A stretch of DNA of 64,000 nucleotides, from assembly GCA_016841605.1 (NCBI GenBank), contig JAENYV010000001.1, positions 429,056 to 493,055 of the forward strand, in the 5' to 3' direction. The stretch comes from Dethiobacter alkaliphilus. GTDB lineage: Bacteria; Bacillota; Dethiobacteria; DTU022; UBA8154. The notes beneath the pieces were generated by a model. The model was not told where the DNA came from. It made no database searches and was given only the letters and a program-made list of their open reading frames with translations. Shown here one piece after another: positions 30,854 to 41,645 of the stretch (positions are counted from its first letter, which is position 1; each line of letters starts with the position of its first letter). The position numbers and the translations under genes were made by a program.

Positions 30854-33800
30854 TCAATTGTCAATTATATCCGCATGATACTCTTGCAAGGATTTTAATC
30901 CGGCATTTTGTAAATTATTTTCTTTAAATGCTGCAATGCCTTTGGCGCTTGCCAGGGCTGCGGCCATGGTGGTGATATACGGCACTTTTTTTCTGATTGC
31001 CGTCTTGCGGATATAAGAGTCATCATATTGGCTGAGTTTGCCGGAAGGTGTATTAATAACCAGATTAATTTCATTGTTCATGATGCCGTCAACTATATTT
31101 GGGCGGCCTTCATATAACTTTTTAATCTCTTCAGAAGGGATCCCGTTTTCTTGAAGAAATTTATTGGTTCCTGCTGTTGCTTTAATATGAAAACCCAATC
31201 TGTTAAATTCCCTGGCCGTTTCCAGCGCAGCCGGTTTATCCTTATCGATGACGCTGATAAGTACAGTCCCCAGGGTAGGCAAGGGGGATTGGGTAGCTTC
31301 CTGAGCTTTAAAATATGCTAATCCAAATGAATCGGCCATTCCTAATACCTCACCGGTAGAGCGCATTTCCGGACTGAGTAAGGGATCAACTTCCGGAAAC
31401 ATATTAAAGGGGAAGACCGCTTCTTTTACCCCAAAATGGGGAATTTTTTGAGAGACAAGTTGTTTTACGGAGAATTTTTTGCCGGTTATTTCCGCCAGCA
31501 TGATTTCCGTAGCAACCCGGGCCATGGAGATGTTGCAGACTTTTGACACAAGGGGAACGGTCCGTGAGGCTCTTGGATTTGCTTCCAGAACATAAACCTT
31601 ATCATCAGCGATAGCATACTGCATATTCATCAGGCCTACCACATTCATTTCCCCGGCGATCTTCTTTGTATATTCCACAATAGTGTCGATATGTTTTTGA
31701 GGTATGCTTGTGGGCGGGATTACACAGGCTGAGTCTCCGGAATGAATGCCCGCCAATTCAATATGCTCCATAACCGTGGGGACATAAGCATCAATTCCGT
31801 CGGCTATGGCATCAGCTTCTGCTTCGATGGCATTGTTTAAAAATTTATCAATTAAAATAGGTCTTTCCGGAGTGACCCAGACTGCCGCAGCCAGGTAATG
31901 GCGGAGCATTTCCTCATCGTAAACAACTTCCATGCCGCGACCGCCCAAAACATATGAGGGCCGGACCATCAAAGGATAACCAATCCGGCCGGCAATAGCC
32001 AGGGCTTCCTCAAAATTAACCGCCATCCCTGATTCCGGCATGGGAATTTCAAGCTTTTCCATGATTTGGCGGAACCGGTCGCGGTCTTCCGCCAGGTCGA
32101 TTGTTTCAGGAGAAGTACCGAAAATTTTTACCCCTGCTTGCGCCAGTTCCCCGGCAATATTTAAGGGTGTTTGCCCGCCAAACTGCACGATTACTCCTTC
32201 TGGCTTTTCCTTTTTGTATATGCTCAGCACATCTTCCACTGTCAACGGTTCAAAGTACAGTTTGTCGGAAGTGTCGTAGTCTGTGGAAACCGTTTCAGGA
32301 TTGCAGTTGATGATTACTGTTTCAAAACCCATATCGCGCAGGGCAAAGGCTGCATGGACACAGCAATAGTCAAACTCAATTCCCTGGCCGATCCGGTTTG
32401 GGCCTCCGCCCAGTATCATAACTTTTTGTCTGTCACTGGATACGGTCCGGTCAGGGGCGTTGTACGTGGAAAAATAATAGGCTGCGTTTTCAACTCCGCT
32501 CACCGGAACAGGTTCCCAGGCTTCCACTAACCCTAAAGCAATTCTACACCGACGAATTTCCGCTTCCGGCAGATTTAAGAGCATGGCCAAATAACGATCC
32601 GCAAAACCGTCTTTTTTCGCCTGTAACAGCAGCTCGTCCGGAAGATGCCCGTTTTTATATTTTAAGATTTCTTCTTCCAGTTGAACCAGTTCTTTCATTT
32701 GCTTAATAAACCATGGTTTAATATGAGTCAGCCGGTTAAGCTGTTCGATATCCGCACCTTTACGTAATGCCTCATACATGATAAATTGACGTTCACTGGA
32801 TGGCTCCGCCAAAAGTGACAGCAATTCTTCCAGGGAGCGCCGGTTAAAATCCCCGGCAAAGCCCAGTCCGTAGCGGCCTATTTCCAGGGAGCGGATTGCC
32901 TTATGAAAAGCTTCTTTGTAGTTTTTGCCGATGCTCATTACTTCACCGACAGCCCGCATCTGTGTTCCCAGTTTATCCAGTGAACCGGGGAATTTTTCAA
33001 AGGCCCAGCGGGCAAACTTTACGACTACATAATCACCGGAAGGGGTATATTTATCCAGGGTACCTTCCCGCCAGTAAGGTATTTCGTCAAGGGTTAAACC
33101 GGCTGCCAGCATGGCCGAAATTAAAGCGATGGGAAAGCCTGTGGCTTTTGAAGCAAGGGCAGAAGAGCGAGAAGTCCGGGGATTTATTTCAATAATAACA
33201 ACCCGGCCGGTTTTGGGATCATGGGCAAACTGCACATTGGTTCCGCCAATTACTTCTATTGCTTCGACAATGGCATAGGAATATTTTTGCAACCTTTCTT
33301 GCAGTTCCGGACTAATGGTCAGCATAGGTGCCGTACAAAAAGAATCGCCGGTATGCACACCCATAGCATCAATGTTCTCAATAAAACATACCGTCAACAT
33401 CTGATTCTTGGCGTCCCGGACGATCTCCAGTTCCAGCTCTTCCCAACCGAGGACTGATTCCTCTACAAGGACTTGACCAAGCATACTTGCGGCAATCCCT
33501 CGATTAGTAACAGTTCTCAGCTCCTCAACATTATAGACCAGACCGCCGCCGGTGCCTCCCATGGTGTAAGCAGGACGGATGACAACCGGATAACCGAGTT
33601 CCTGCGCAATTTTTTCCGCCTCATCTACACTGTAAGCCGCTTTGCTGCGAGGCATTTCAATACCCAACCGGTTCATTGTTTCTTTAAAAGCAATGCGGTC
33701 TTCGCCACGCTCAATAGCGTCAATCTGCACCCCTATTACTTTAACTCCGTATTTCTCTAAAAAACCGGCTTTTGCTAATTCCGAACATAAGTTTAGGGCA

Positions 33801-34081
33801 GACTGCCCGCCTAAATTAGGCAGCACAGCGTCAGGCCGTTCTTTAACTATTATCCGGGACAGACTTTTGGCATTTAGCGGTTCAATATAGGTTGTATCAG
33901 CGATTCCCGGGTCAGTCATAATGGTGGCAGGGTTTGAGTTGACCAAAATAATTTTGTAACCTAATTTACGCAGAGCTTTACAGGCCTGGGTTCCTGAATA
34001 ATCAAATTCACATGCTTGTCCTATAATTATTGGTCCTGAACCAATAATTAAAATACTGTCAATGTCCGCTCGTTTCGGCAT
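30854..34081 (-). CDS. carB: Carbamoyl-phosphate synthase large subunit
   Basis: The 1075-aa protein starts 'ILIIGSGPIIIGQACEFDYSGTQACKAL'. It has a duplicated ATP-grasp halves and an MGS-like C-terminus. Confidence 0.97.
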   Translation of the reverse strand: MPKRADIDSILIIGSGPIIIGQACEFDYSGTQACKALRKLGYKIILVNSNPATIMTDPGIADTTYIEPLNAKSLSRIIVKERPDAVLPNLGGQSALNLCSELAKAGFLEKYGVKVIGVQIDAIERGEDRIAFKETMNRLGIEMPRSKAAYSVDEAEKIAQELGYPVVIRPAYTMGGTGGGLVYNVEELRTVTNRGIAASMLGQVLVEESVLGWEELELEIVRDAKNQMLTVCFIENIDAMGVHTGDSFCTAPMLTISPELQERLQKYSYAIVEAIEVIGGTNVQFAHDPKTGRVVIIEINPRTSRSSALASKATGFPIALISAMLAAGLTLDEIPYWREGTLDKYTPSGDYVVVKFARWAFEKFPGSLDKLGTQMRAVGEVMSIGKNYKEAFHKAIRSLEIGRYGLGFAGDFNRRSLEELLSLLAEPSSERQFIMYEALRKGADIEQLNRLTHIKPWFIKQMKELVQLEEEILKYKNGHLPDELLLQAKKDGFADRYLAMLLNLPEAEIRRCRIALGLVEAWEPVPVSGVENAAYYFSTYNAPDRTVSSDRQKVMILGGGPNRIGQGIEFDYCCVHAAFALRDMGFETVIINCNPETVSTDYDTSDKLYFEPLTVEDVLSIYKKEKPEGVIVQFGGQTPLNIAGELAQAGVKIFGTSPETIDLAEDRDRFRQIMEKLEIPMPESGMAVNFEEALAIAGRIGYPLMVRPSYVLGGRGMEVVYDEEMLRHYLAAAVWVTPERPILIDKFLNNAIEAEADAIADGIDAYVPTVMEHIELAGIHSGDSACVIPPTSIPQKHIDTIVEYTKKIAGEMNVVGLMNMQYAIADDKVYVLEANPRASRTVPLVSKVCNISMARVATEIMLAEITGKKFSVKQLVSQKIPHFGVKEAVFPFNMFPEVDPLLSPEMRSTGEVLGMADSFGLAYFKAQEATQSPLPTLGTVLISVIDKDKPAALETAREFNRLGFHIKATAGTNKFLQENGIPSEEIKKLYEGRPNIVDGIMNNEINLVINTPSGKLSQYDDSYIRKTAIRKKVPYITTMAAALASAKGIAAFKENNLQNAGLKSLQEYHADIIDN

Positions 34082-34255
34082 AAAATTTCCCCCAACTGAT
34101 TAAAAGTTTATTTTTCACTCTTTGAAAGAAGAGGCCAGAAGTATTATAACAAAAAAACATTTATTTGGGAGGGGAGTTCGGAAAGCTTTCCATGTTACGG
34201 GAGGGAATAAAACACAAGTATGCGGAGATAATTAAAAAAAAGAAAGGACAACTCC

Positions 34256-35668
34256 ATGAATTTACATTCTTTTTTTCGACGAAAAACAATAAAACAGATT
34301 CTTTATGAAGAAACAGGTTCCAAGGAAATTGGTTTAAAACGCCGTCTCACTTCCTTTGATCTTGTTACAATGGGTATTGGTGCCATAATTGGAACCGGTA
34401 TTTTCGTTTTAACAGGAGTGGCTTCAGCACGTTATGCCGGTCCCGGCGCAGTTTTATCTTTTATACTGGCAGGCATTGCCAGTGCCTTAGCTGCTCTGGT
34501 TTATGCAGAACTGGCTTCATCTGTACCGGTTGCCGGAAGTGCCTATGTTTATTCATATGCGAGCCTGGGGGAGATTATCGCCTGGATCATCGGATGGGAC
34601 TTAATCCTGGAATATACTGTTGCTGCCGGAGCAGTATCCATCGGCTGGTCGGGTTATCTGGTCAACCTGCTTGAAGCAGCGGGCATTAACTTGCCGGCAG
34701 TTATTACCAACCCGCCTTCGTTGGGGGGGATAGTTAATTTGCCGGCCATAATTATCGTTGGGTTTGTCGCTTTTATCCTTATCCTCGGTACCAGGCAGTC
34801 GGCTATTGTAAATAATATAATTGTTCTCATAAAGCTCGGCGTCATTATCCTTTTTATTATTGTCGGATTGCTTCATCTCCAGCCCGAGTTATGGGTCCCT
34901 TTTCTACCTTTTGGTTTTCAGGGTGTAATAACCGGCGCGGCTATTGTTTTTTTCGCTTATATTGGTTTTGATGCAGTATCTACTGCAGCAGAAGAAGTAA
35001 AAAATCCGGGGCGTGAACTTCCCAGAGGAATCCTGGGATCATTATGTGTTTCCAGCGTGCTTTATGTCCTGGTAGCTTTGATCCTGACCGGCCTTGTCAG
35101 CTATCGTTTTCTTGATGTTCCTTCTCCTCTCAGTTTTGCTATGTTAAAAATTGGCTTTCCCTGGATCTCCGGAATCATTTCGGTCGGAGCACTTACCGGG
35201 CTCAGCAGTGTTATTCTGGTCAGTATCTTCGGCCAAAGCCGCATTTTTTTCTCCATGGCAAGGGACGGCCTTTTACCATTTAAATTCTCCCGGCTCCATC
35301 CAAGATTTCAAACCCCTTATGTAATTCTTATTCTGACAGCTTTAATGGTAGCTTTTATCGGCGGCTTTCTCCCTTTAGGGGTAGTCGCGGAATTGGCTAA
35401 TATCGGTACATTAACTGCTTTTATTCTGGTTTCTATCGGTGTGATAATTTTACGCTATAAGCAGCCTGAATTGGTGCGTCCGTTTAAAACTCCGCTGTTT
35501 CCCTATCTTCCTCTTTTATCTGCAATTATATCTTTTTACCTGGCTCTTCATCTTCCGCGCATTACCTGGATACGCTTTCTTTCCTGGTTAATTATCGGCA
35601 TGATTATTTATTTTATATATGGTTTCAGAACCAGCAAGCTGGCGGCGAAACAAAAATTAAAGGAATAG
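34256..35668 (+). CDS. APC-superfamily amino acid permease (cationic amino acid transporter-like)
   Basis: The 470-aa protein has about 12 TM helices. Motifs are 'LVTMGIGAIIGTGIFVLTG' and 'FFAYIGFDAVSTAAEEVKNP'. Confidence 0.85.
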   Translation: MNLHSFFRRKTIKQILYEETGSKEIGLKRRLTSFDLVTMGIGAIIGTGIFVLTGVASARYAGPGAVLSFILAGIASALAALVYAELASSVPVAGSAYVYSYASLGEIIAWIIGWDLILEYTVAAGAVSIGWSGYLVNLLEAAGINLPAVITNPPSLGGIVNLPAIIIVGFVAFILILGTRQSAIVNNIIVLIKLGVIILFIIVGLLHLQPELWVPFLPFGFQGVITGAAIVFFAYIGFDAVSTAAEEVKNPGRELPRGILGSLCVSSVLYVLVALILTGLVSYRFLDVPSPLSFAMLKIGFPWISGIISVGALTGLSSVILVSIFGQSRIFFSMARDGLLPFKFSRLHPRFQTPYVILILTALMVAFIGGFLPLGVVAELANIGTLTAFILVSIGVIILRYKQPELVRPFKTPLFPYLPLLSAIISFYLALHLPRITWIRFLSWLIIGMIIYFIYGFRTSKLAAKQKLKE

Positions 35669-35672
35669 GTTT

Positions 35673-36482
35673 TTACTGCCTGGGAGGTTTTTGCTTCTGT
35701 GCCCCTGAACTGCTGTCTATGTAGTAATTGTCCTGATACAGAAGCTGGGAGATAGGGAGAATTTCATATCCTTCCCCCTTAACAAAGTCGATAATTTCCG
35801 GTAAAGCTTCCGCGGTGTATGTGCCGTTATTATGGAAGAGAACGATCGCACCGGGATGTAAATTATCCGTTACTCTTTTAATCATGGTATCGACCCCCAA
35901 TTCTTTCCAGTCCAGGGAGTCGATGCTCCACTGAATTGTTTGGTATCCGCATCTCTCGGCGGTGCTGATTACTCTGTCGCTGTATTCGCCATAGGGTGGC
36001 CGGAAAAGATGGGGCTGAAGTTCGGTAAGCTGGAAGATCATGTCACCCACTCTTTCTAATTCTATTTTAATCTCTTCTTCATTGAGGCTATTCAAGTGAG
36101 GATGGCTGTAGGTATGGTTGCCGATTTCGTGACCTGCCTGGGCAATTGTTTTAACCATTTCCGGGTATTTTTCCACCCAGAAACCGGTAAGAAAAAACGT
36201 TGTTTTCAAGTTGTTTTCTTTTAATATTTCCAGGAGTGTGGGAGTGTACGAGGAACCCCAACAGGCATCAAAACTAAAGGCCACTTTTTTATCCGCGGTA
36301 TCTACGTAATAAATGGGGACAAGTCTTTCACCGATCGCATAATTTAAAACAGGCTGCACTACACCGGGTAAAAGAAAATATACTCCAACAAGGACTACCA
36401 CGAGAACGAACAGCGAAGGAATAATTTTTCCCCGCTTGCCAAAAATCTTGACAGGGTAAAAAACGCTTCTTTTCTTTTTCAT
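35673..36482 (-). CDS. pdaB: Polysaccharide deacetylase (NodB domain), sporulation PdaB-like
   Basis: An N-terminal TM helix is present. Motifs are 'FSFDACWG', 'TFFLTGFWVEKYP' and 'GHEIGNHTYSHPHL'. Confidence 0.7.
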   Translation of the reverse strand: MKKKRSVFYPVKIFGKRGKIIPSLFVLVVVLVGVYFLLPGVVQPVLNYAIGERLVPIYYVDTADKKVAFSFDACWGSSYTPTLLEILKENNLKTTFFLTGFWVEKYPEMVKTIAQAGHEIGNHTYSHPHLNSLNEEEIKIELERVGDMIFQLTELQPHLFRPPYGEYSDRVISTAERCGYQTIQWSIDSLDWKELGVDTMIKRVTDNLHPGAIVLFHNNGTYTAEALPEIIDFVKGEGYEILPISQLLYQDNYYIDSSSGAQKQKPPRQ

Positions 36483-36571
36483 TTGTTCATCACCTCCAAA
36501 AAAACCTTTCTAAATTATATTCTTTAGAAAGGTTTTTTATTGTACCCATTTTTTTGCCGTCAGGGTTTCTA

Positions 36572-38464
36572 TCAATCAATTATTCTCGACATATACTTTA
36601 AAACTTCCCGGGAGCAGATCTCGCAGTACTCTTCTTTTTTAAGGGCTTCAACCACCTGGTCAAGCCTTTTTTCCTGCCCCTTATCCAGAATTTTCGCTGA
36701 TACTATTGTCTTGACAATAGATTTAACATCAGAGAATAATTTTTTCTCAATGGCTTCTTTGAGATTGTCATGAGAGTGGTAATCGAATTTTTTGCCCTCC
36801 AGGGCAAGATCCGCCACCTTGGCAATAATTTCTTCCCGGAACTCCTTGGAGGCATTTTCGGAGATGCCGATCTGCTCCTCAATATCCCTCATAAACTTCT
36901 CGTTTGGTACCCTCTCTTCACCGGTAACAGGGTCTTTAATTTTGTCTTTTTTACGCCAGGCATTAATTTCTATCAGATAATCGTCCACCATTGCCCGGGC
37001 CTGCTCTTTATAACCTACGACAAAAGCCGACATGACTTGCTTTTTCAGCATGTCATGATACACTTCCCTGACACGTTCAATATGGTTCTTATATTCTTCT
37101 TTAGTTTTTTGATCAATTCGCGGATGATTATCCAGATGTTCAATAATACTTCTGAGCGCCTGAATCGGGTTGATACAATCAAGGTCCGATTTCACTGTTC
37201 CCTTGCTCAGAGCATCGATCATGAAACGGGGGCCTGCTCCGCTCATTCCTTCATCGGGATTTTTCTGCTTTAACAGCCTAACTTCATGGTCCGTCCATCC
37301 CTTGAGCTTTTTACCGTCGTATACTTTCATCTTGTCGATCAGGCTGATTTTTTTTTCAGTCTCAACGTCTTTTAAACGGGTAAGGACACCAAAGATAGCC
37401 GCTACTTTTGTAGTATTAGGGGCAATATGGATATGATTCGACCCCTGGCTTAACAGCTTGCTATAGATCTGTTCCTCGTCGGAGACAGCCATATTATAAG
37501 GAAACTTGATCAAATGAATCCTGTCCTGCAGTGCTTCATTGGTTTTTTCAGCAATAAATTTAATGTACTCCGCTTCATTGGAATGAGAAATAACAATTTC
37601 GTCCGCATAGATAAGCGGATAGCGAGGGGCCTTAATCCGCTGCTCTTGTGCCAGGTTCAGCAGCAGGTACAAAAATTTAGCATCGACTTTTAAAAGCTCG
37701 ATAAATTCACAAACACCCCTGTTAGCTATATTAAGCTCACCGTCGAAACGCCAGGCCCGGGGATCCGATTCAGAACCGTACTCTCCGATCTGGGCAAGGT
37801 CGATCGAGCCGATTAGTTCGGCCACATCCTGCGTATGCGGATCCGACGGTGAAAATGTGCCGATTCCTTTGCGTCCCTGTTCGGAAAAAATAACGCGCTT
37901 TACCTGTGCCTTCATAAAATTGCCGTTCCATTCATTTTCCAGCCGCCACTGGCAATAGGGACAGAGATCTCCTTCAATATAAATGCTGTACTTTTCTTTA
38001 ATTTCTTTTCTTAAATTTTCAGGCAGCAGATGCAACGGCTCTTCGTGCATTGGGCACCCTGCAATGCCGTAAAGAATCCCCTCATCAGTGCGTGTGTATG
38101 CTTCCAGCCGTTTTTTTATCAAAGCCACCATTGAGGATTTCCCGCCGCCGGCCGGGCCCATTAAAAGCAAAATTCTTTTTCGCGGCTCAAGGCCCTGGGC
38201 TGCAGCCCGGAAATATTCCACGATAGCTTTAATAGGCTGCCGGCAGCCGAAAATCTCGCCCTCAAAAAAATTATACTTTGTAATGTTTCCTTCGTCATCC
38301 TTCTCTACTCCATAGGACATGATCATATCGTAAACCCTGGCGTGAGAAAGTCTGGCCACCCTGGGGTTTTTCTCCACAATTTCCAGATACTCCAGAAGAG
38401 ATCCCGTCCAGGACAGTGCCTCCTGACTCTTGCTAAAACCGCTTATCATCTCTCCTAAAGACAT
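36572..38464 (-). CDS. prkA: PrkA family serine protein kinase
   Basis: The 630-aa protein has the Walker A 'LLLMGPAGGGKSS' and a PrkA C-terminal domain. Confidence 0.92.
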   Translation of the reverse strand: MSLGEMISGFSKSQEALSWTGSLLEYLEIVEKNPRVARLSHARVYDMIMSYGVEKDDEGNITKYNFFEGEIFGCRQPIKAIVEYFRAAAQGLEPRKRILLLMGPAGGGKSSMVALIKKRLEAYTRTDEGILYGIAGCPMHEEPLHLLPENLRKEIKEKYSIYIEGDLCPYCQWRLENEWNGNFMKAQVKRVIFSEQGRKGIGTFSPSDPHTQDVAELIGSIDLAQIGEYGSESDPRAWRFDGELNIANRGVCEFIELLKVDAKFLYLLLNLAQEQRIKAPRYPLIYADEIVISHSNEAEYIKFIAEKTNEALQDRIHLIKFPYNMAVSDEEQIYSKLLSQGSNHIHIAPNTTKVAAIFGVLTRLKDVETEKKISLIDKMKVYDGKKLKGWTDHEVRLLKQKNPDEGMSGAGPRFMIDALSKGTVKSDLDCINPIQALRSIIEHLDNHPRIDQKTKEEYKNHIERVREVYHDMLKKQVMSAFVVGYKEQARAMVDDYLIEINAWRKKDKIKDPVTGEERVPNEKFMRDIEEQIGISENASKEFREEIIAKVADLALEGKKFDYHSHDNLKEAIEKKLFSDVKSIVKTIVSAKILDKGQEKRLDQVVEALKKEEYCEICSREVLKYMSRIID

Positions 38465-39756
38465 TATTTCACCTCTTTTTCACTGCCGTCGGCAGCCCAA
38501 ATTTTTTTCTTACCATTATATAACGTTTCTAAGAAAACCTTATTTCTCCACAGCTCTTCCAGATGATTTAATACTTTTATTGCATCGAATTTTTTGAGAT
38601 TTCTTCCGTCATGTTCATGCCTGAGCAGCAAGATTCCCTGCTGGTCGAAATTTTTATCGGCTACATGTACTGACGGAAATCTGCTGCAGATATCATTGAC
38701 AAGCCCGTCTCTAACTTTTTTCCACTCCGTCTCTTCGACTATATAAAAATCTCCTTTTGTCCCATAGCGAATCAAGCCCAGCTCATCGATCAGCTCTTCA
38801 TTCAGATAATTTCTGAGAAATCCGGCATTCGATTCCAGGCGTCTAACCTCCAGCGCCTTTTTCAAGCCGTAGTTTCTCTCTATATTCTTAAAAATCTGCA
38901 CGCCGAGCCAGTACGGGTTTATACTGTATTCTACCGCTTGAACTACTCCGGCATTTACCTGTGCGTATTCAATAAAATCACCGCCACTTAAATCGATTTT
39001 TTTCATTATCTTGCTGTGAATAAAAGAAGCCCAGCCTTCATTAATAATGTTGGTCTTAATATTAGGTGAGAAGTAGATGCTATCCTGGCGAACAATGGAG
39101 AGAATATCCCTCTTCCACTCTTCTAAGGGAGCCTCTGTAGCTAAAAAAAGCAGTATATCATCACAGGGCAAGCCGGAGTATCTCATTTGTTCCGCATAGT
39201 CCACTTGTTCTTTGACAAACTTTTTATTCAGGTCCAATAATTCATCATACGGTCTTTCTGCAGGCGCTTCTTTGATCGTTGCATCATAACCGTCTTTATT
39301 AACATAGAATTCAATGGTCAGGGCCGCGTCCAGAACCTTTCTTACTTTTTCTTCGCCGTGTTCTTCTTCATAGTTTCTGATTCTTTTCGCTCTGAGGGCC
39401 GCATTAATGTGCATGTTTCGCTCCGAATCCTTATAAGCAATATTATTTTTAAAAAAATCCGCATGTCCATAAACATGGGCAACAACCATGGAATTAATAA
39501 TATCCGAGTTGACATCCAGCAGGTAAGCCTGACAGGGATCCGAGTTAATGACCAGCTCATAGATCCTGGAAAAGCGGTGATCATGCCTGAGAATTCCGTC
39601 ATAAAAAGACTTGCCGTGTGACCAGTGACTGTAACGTCCGGGTATCACCCTGGCTGCCATATCGTAAAGGACTTCCGCCGGAACAATATAAAAATCTACC
39701 GGAAAAGGATCAAGGCCAAGTTCTTTGATATGTTCTAAAATTAGCTTCCGGTTCAT
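38464..39756 (-). CDS. spoVR: SpoVR family stage V sporulation protein
   Basis: Motifs are 'HWSHGKSF' and 'INEGWASFIHSKIM'. The gene is coupled to prkA and yhbH. Confidence 0.9.
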   Translation of the reverse strand: MNRKLILEHIKELGLDPFPVDFYIVPAEVLYDMAARVIPGRYSHWSHGKSFYDGILRHDHRFSRIYELVINSDPCQAYLLDVNSDIINSMVVAHVYGHADFFKNNIAYKDSERNMHINAALRAKRIRNYEEEHGEEKVRKVLDAALTIEFYVNKDGYDATIKEAPAERPYDELLDLNKKFVKEQVDYAEQMRYSGLPCDDILLFLATEAPLEEWKRDILSIVRQDSIYFSPNIKTNIINEGWASFIHSKIMKKIDLSGGDFIEYAQVNAGVVQAVEYSINPYWLGVQIFKNIERNYGLKKALEVRRLESNAGFLRNYLNEELIDELGLIRYGTKGDFYIVEETEWKKVRDGLVNDICSRFPSVHVADKNFDQQGILLLRHEHDGRNLKKFDAIKVLNHLEELWRNKVFLETLYNGKKKIWAADGSEKEVK

Positions 39757-40895
39757 TTTTTTGTCCTCCCGAAAAACGCATTCATACAGGCCATCACATC
39801 TTCCTGGTTTGTCAGTTCGGCAACAATAACATTGGGCTTATTAAGTTCTTTAATGCTGTTTATAAAGCGCAAATCAGAATAATAGCTGTATGCACCTTGG
39901 GCTCTGATGTGCACAATACCCGCTAAGTTGTTGACGGCTGCCATTTTCTCAACCATTTCCCTGGCCTGTAAATTATCATTAAAATTGTTGTCTCCGTCTG
40001 TAAATAGAAAGGTATAGAGGTTATATGATTCCGGAGGAAACTTTGCTGCAATAATCTCATCGGCCAGTTGAAATCCGGAGGAGATTCTTGTGCCGCCTCC
40101 TTCCGACCTGGTGATAAAGGCTTCCTGATCAACTTCCTCTGCCTTCGTGTCGAAAATGATATAGCTGCGTTCTGTTACTTTTTTATACTTGGATTCTAAA
40201 AATTTTATAATCCAAAAGGCCATAACACGGGATAAATGTTTTTTCGTAGCATCCATAGACCCGGAACGGTCCCTGATAAAAATGACAGCGACCCGGTCAT
40301 GGGGCACTCTTTTCAACACATTAGTGTCAAAGCGCAGATCATCATCTATAATGTTCTTAAACCCTGGATCTCCTTTCGCTGCATTACGTTTAATATTCTG
40401 AATTATTGTCTTCTTTTTGGCCAGATTAGAGATGGAACCTCTCTTTTTTGTCCCCTCTCTGACTACTTCTTCTTTATAGCCGATAGCTTTTTGCTTTTCT
40501 TTAAGTTCTGGGAGCTCCAAATCCTGGAATAATATTTCAGCTATCTGATCAGCATTAACAACAACTTCATAAAATCCCTCTTCGCTCTCGCTTGAGTCTC
40601 CCGAACTGCTTTGACCTTTACTTTTTTGCGGCTTTTTACCGATGGTATCACCTTTTTCCATTTTTTTGTCTAACATGATAGTTCCCGCTCCACCGGGGTC
40701 TTCATAGACAAACTTATACTGTTTTAAATGTGTTACCGGAATAACAACGTTATCACCGGTTATAATCTTTCCGTGAGAGACCAGATCCGTCATATTTTTG
40801 CGAATTATATCCCTTAGAATCTTTAAATGGCGCTCCTGGTCCAAATGTCCTCTGCGGAATAAATCCCAAGCGCCGTACTGCTCCATCTTCATCAC
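39753..40895 (-). CDS. yhbH: YhbH/DUF444 sporulation protein (vWA-like)
   Basis: Motifs are 'VAVIFIRDRSGSM' and 'LFTDGDN'. The gene overlaps the spoVR start. Confidence 0.88.
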   Translation of the reverse strand: MMKMEQYGAWDLFRRGHLDQERHLKILRDIIRKNMTDLVSHGKIITGDNVVIPVTHLKQYKFVYEDPGGAGTIMLDKKMEKGDTIGKKPQKSKGQSSSGDSSESEEGFYEVVVNADQIAEILFQDLELPELKEKQKAIGYKEEVVREGTKKRGSISNLAKKKTIIQNIKRNAAKGDPGFKNIIDDDLRFDTNVLKRVPHDRVAVIFIRDRSGSMDATKKHLSRVMAFWIIKFLESKYKKVTERSYIIFDTKAEEVDQEAFITRSEGGGTRISSGFQLADEIIAAKFPPESYNLYTFLFTDGDNNFNDNLQAREMVEKMAAVNNLAGIVHIRAQGAYSYYSDLRFINSIKELNKPNVIVAELTNQEDVMACMNAFFGRTKK

Positions 40896-41236
40896 TCCAA
40901 TTCAAGTTCCCGAAACCTTTGATAAAAATTAGGACAGTAATTCTTATATTATATGTAGTTAACAACAATGAAATTAATCGGCAGTTTGTACAATTTACTC
41001 AAAATTCTTTCATTCATCCTGATTAGTAACAAATTTACAAATATATTACCGCATTACATTATATTATAGTTTAGTAGCACGATCTGTTCCTCCGGAAAGA
41101 AAGGGAAGACTTGGGAAATAAGAGCCATGGCTAAGCAACCGTCTTCACTGAATATACACCTCCGGTTGTTGACAATTAATCGCTGAAGATTTAAAATTAT
41201 ATAAAAATAGCAAATGAATTAGAAAGGGTGGTTCTC

Positions 41237-41644
41237 ATGAAAGAAGCAATCAGAACGTTTGTCGAGGGGGATGAACCTTATCAAGTGCAGATATCAGTTA
41301 TCTCCATCAGCGATGACCTCGTTGTCATCGTTGGAGGCGGGGAAAAACCTCATGTGGGTGCTGTGGCGGTCAGTGTCCCGCGTCCCAGCCTGGCTGATTC
41401 TGAGGAAGTCAGTTCTTCTACTTCCGTTTTTACTCTAACCGGGCATAAAGAGGACGATCTGGCCAAGATGCTGGCCGGTAAAATTGCAGCAGCTTTGCAA
41501 AAAAATGTCGTTTTAACCGCGGGGATTCATGTCGATGATATACCGGAGGAGGGTATTAAAAAAGTGCAAAATAATTGCCGGAATGCGCTGGAGCAGTTAA
41601 TAGAAGATTTTTCTTCATCTTTTGAACAGGAAAGGCGTGCATAA
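41237..41644 (+). CDS. LpdD-like prenylated-flavin chaperone (tentative)
   Basis: Motifs 'VVIVGGGEKPHVGAVAV', 'LTGHKEDDLAKMLAGKIA' and 'VLTAGIHVDDIPEEGI' match my recollection of Lactobacillus LpdD ('GGTNPHIGDV', 'HKD', 'TAGIHVN.IT'). The ATG at 41237 follows an AAAGGGTGG RBS. Confidence 0.6.
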   Translation: MKEAIRTFVEGDEPYQVQISVISISDDLVVIVGGGEKPHVGAVAVSVPRPSLADSEEVSSSTSVFTLTGHKEDDLAKMLAGKIAAALQKNVVLTAGIHVDDIPEEGIKKVQNNCRNALEQLIEDFSSSFEQERRA

Positions 41645-41645
41645 G

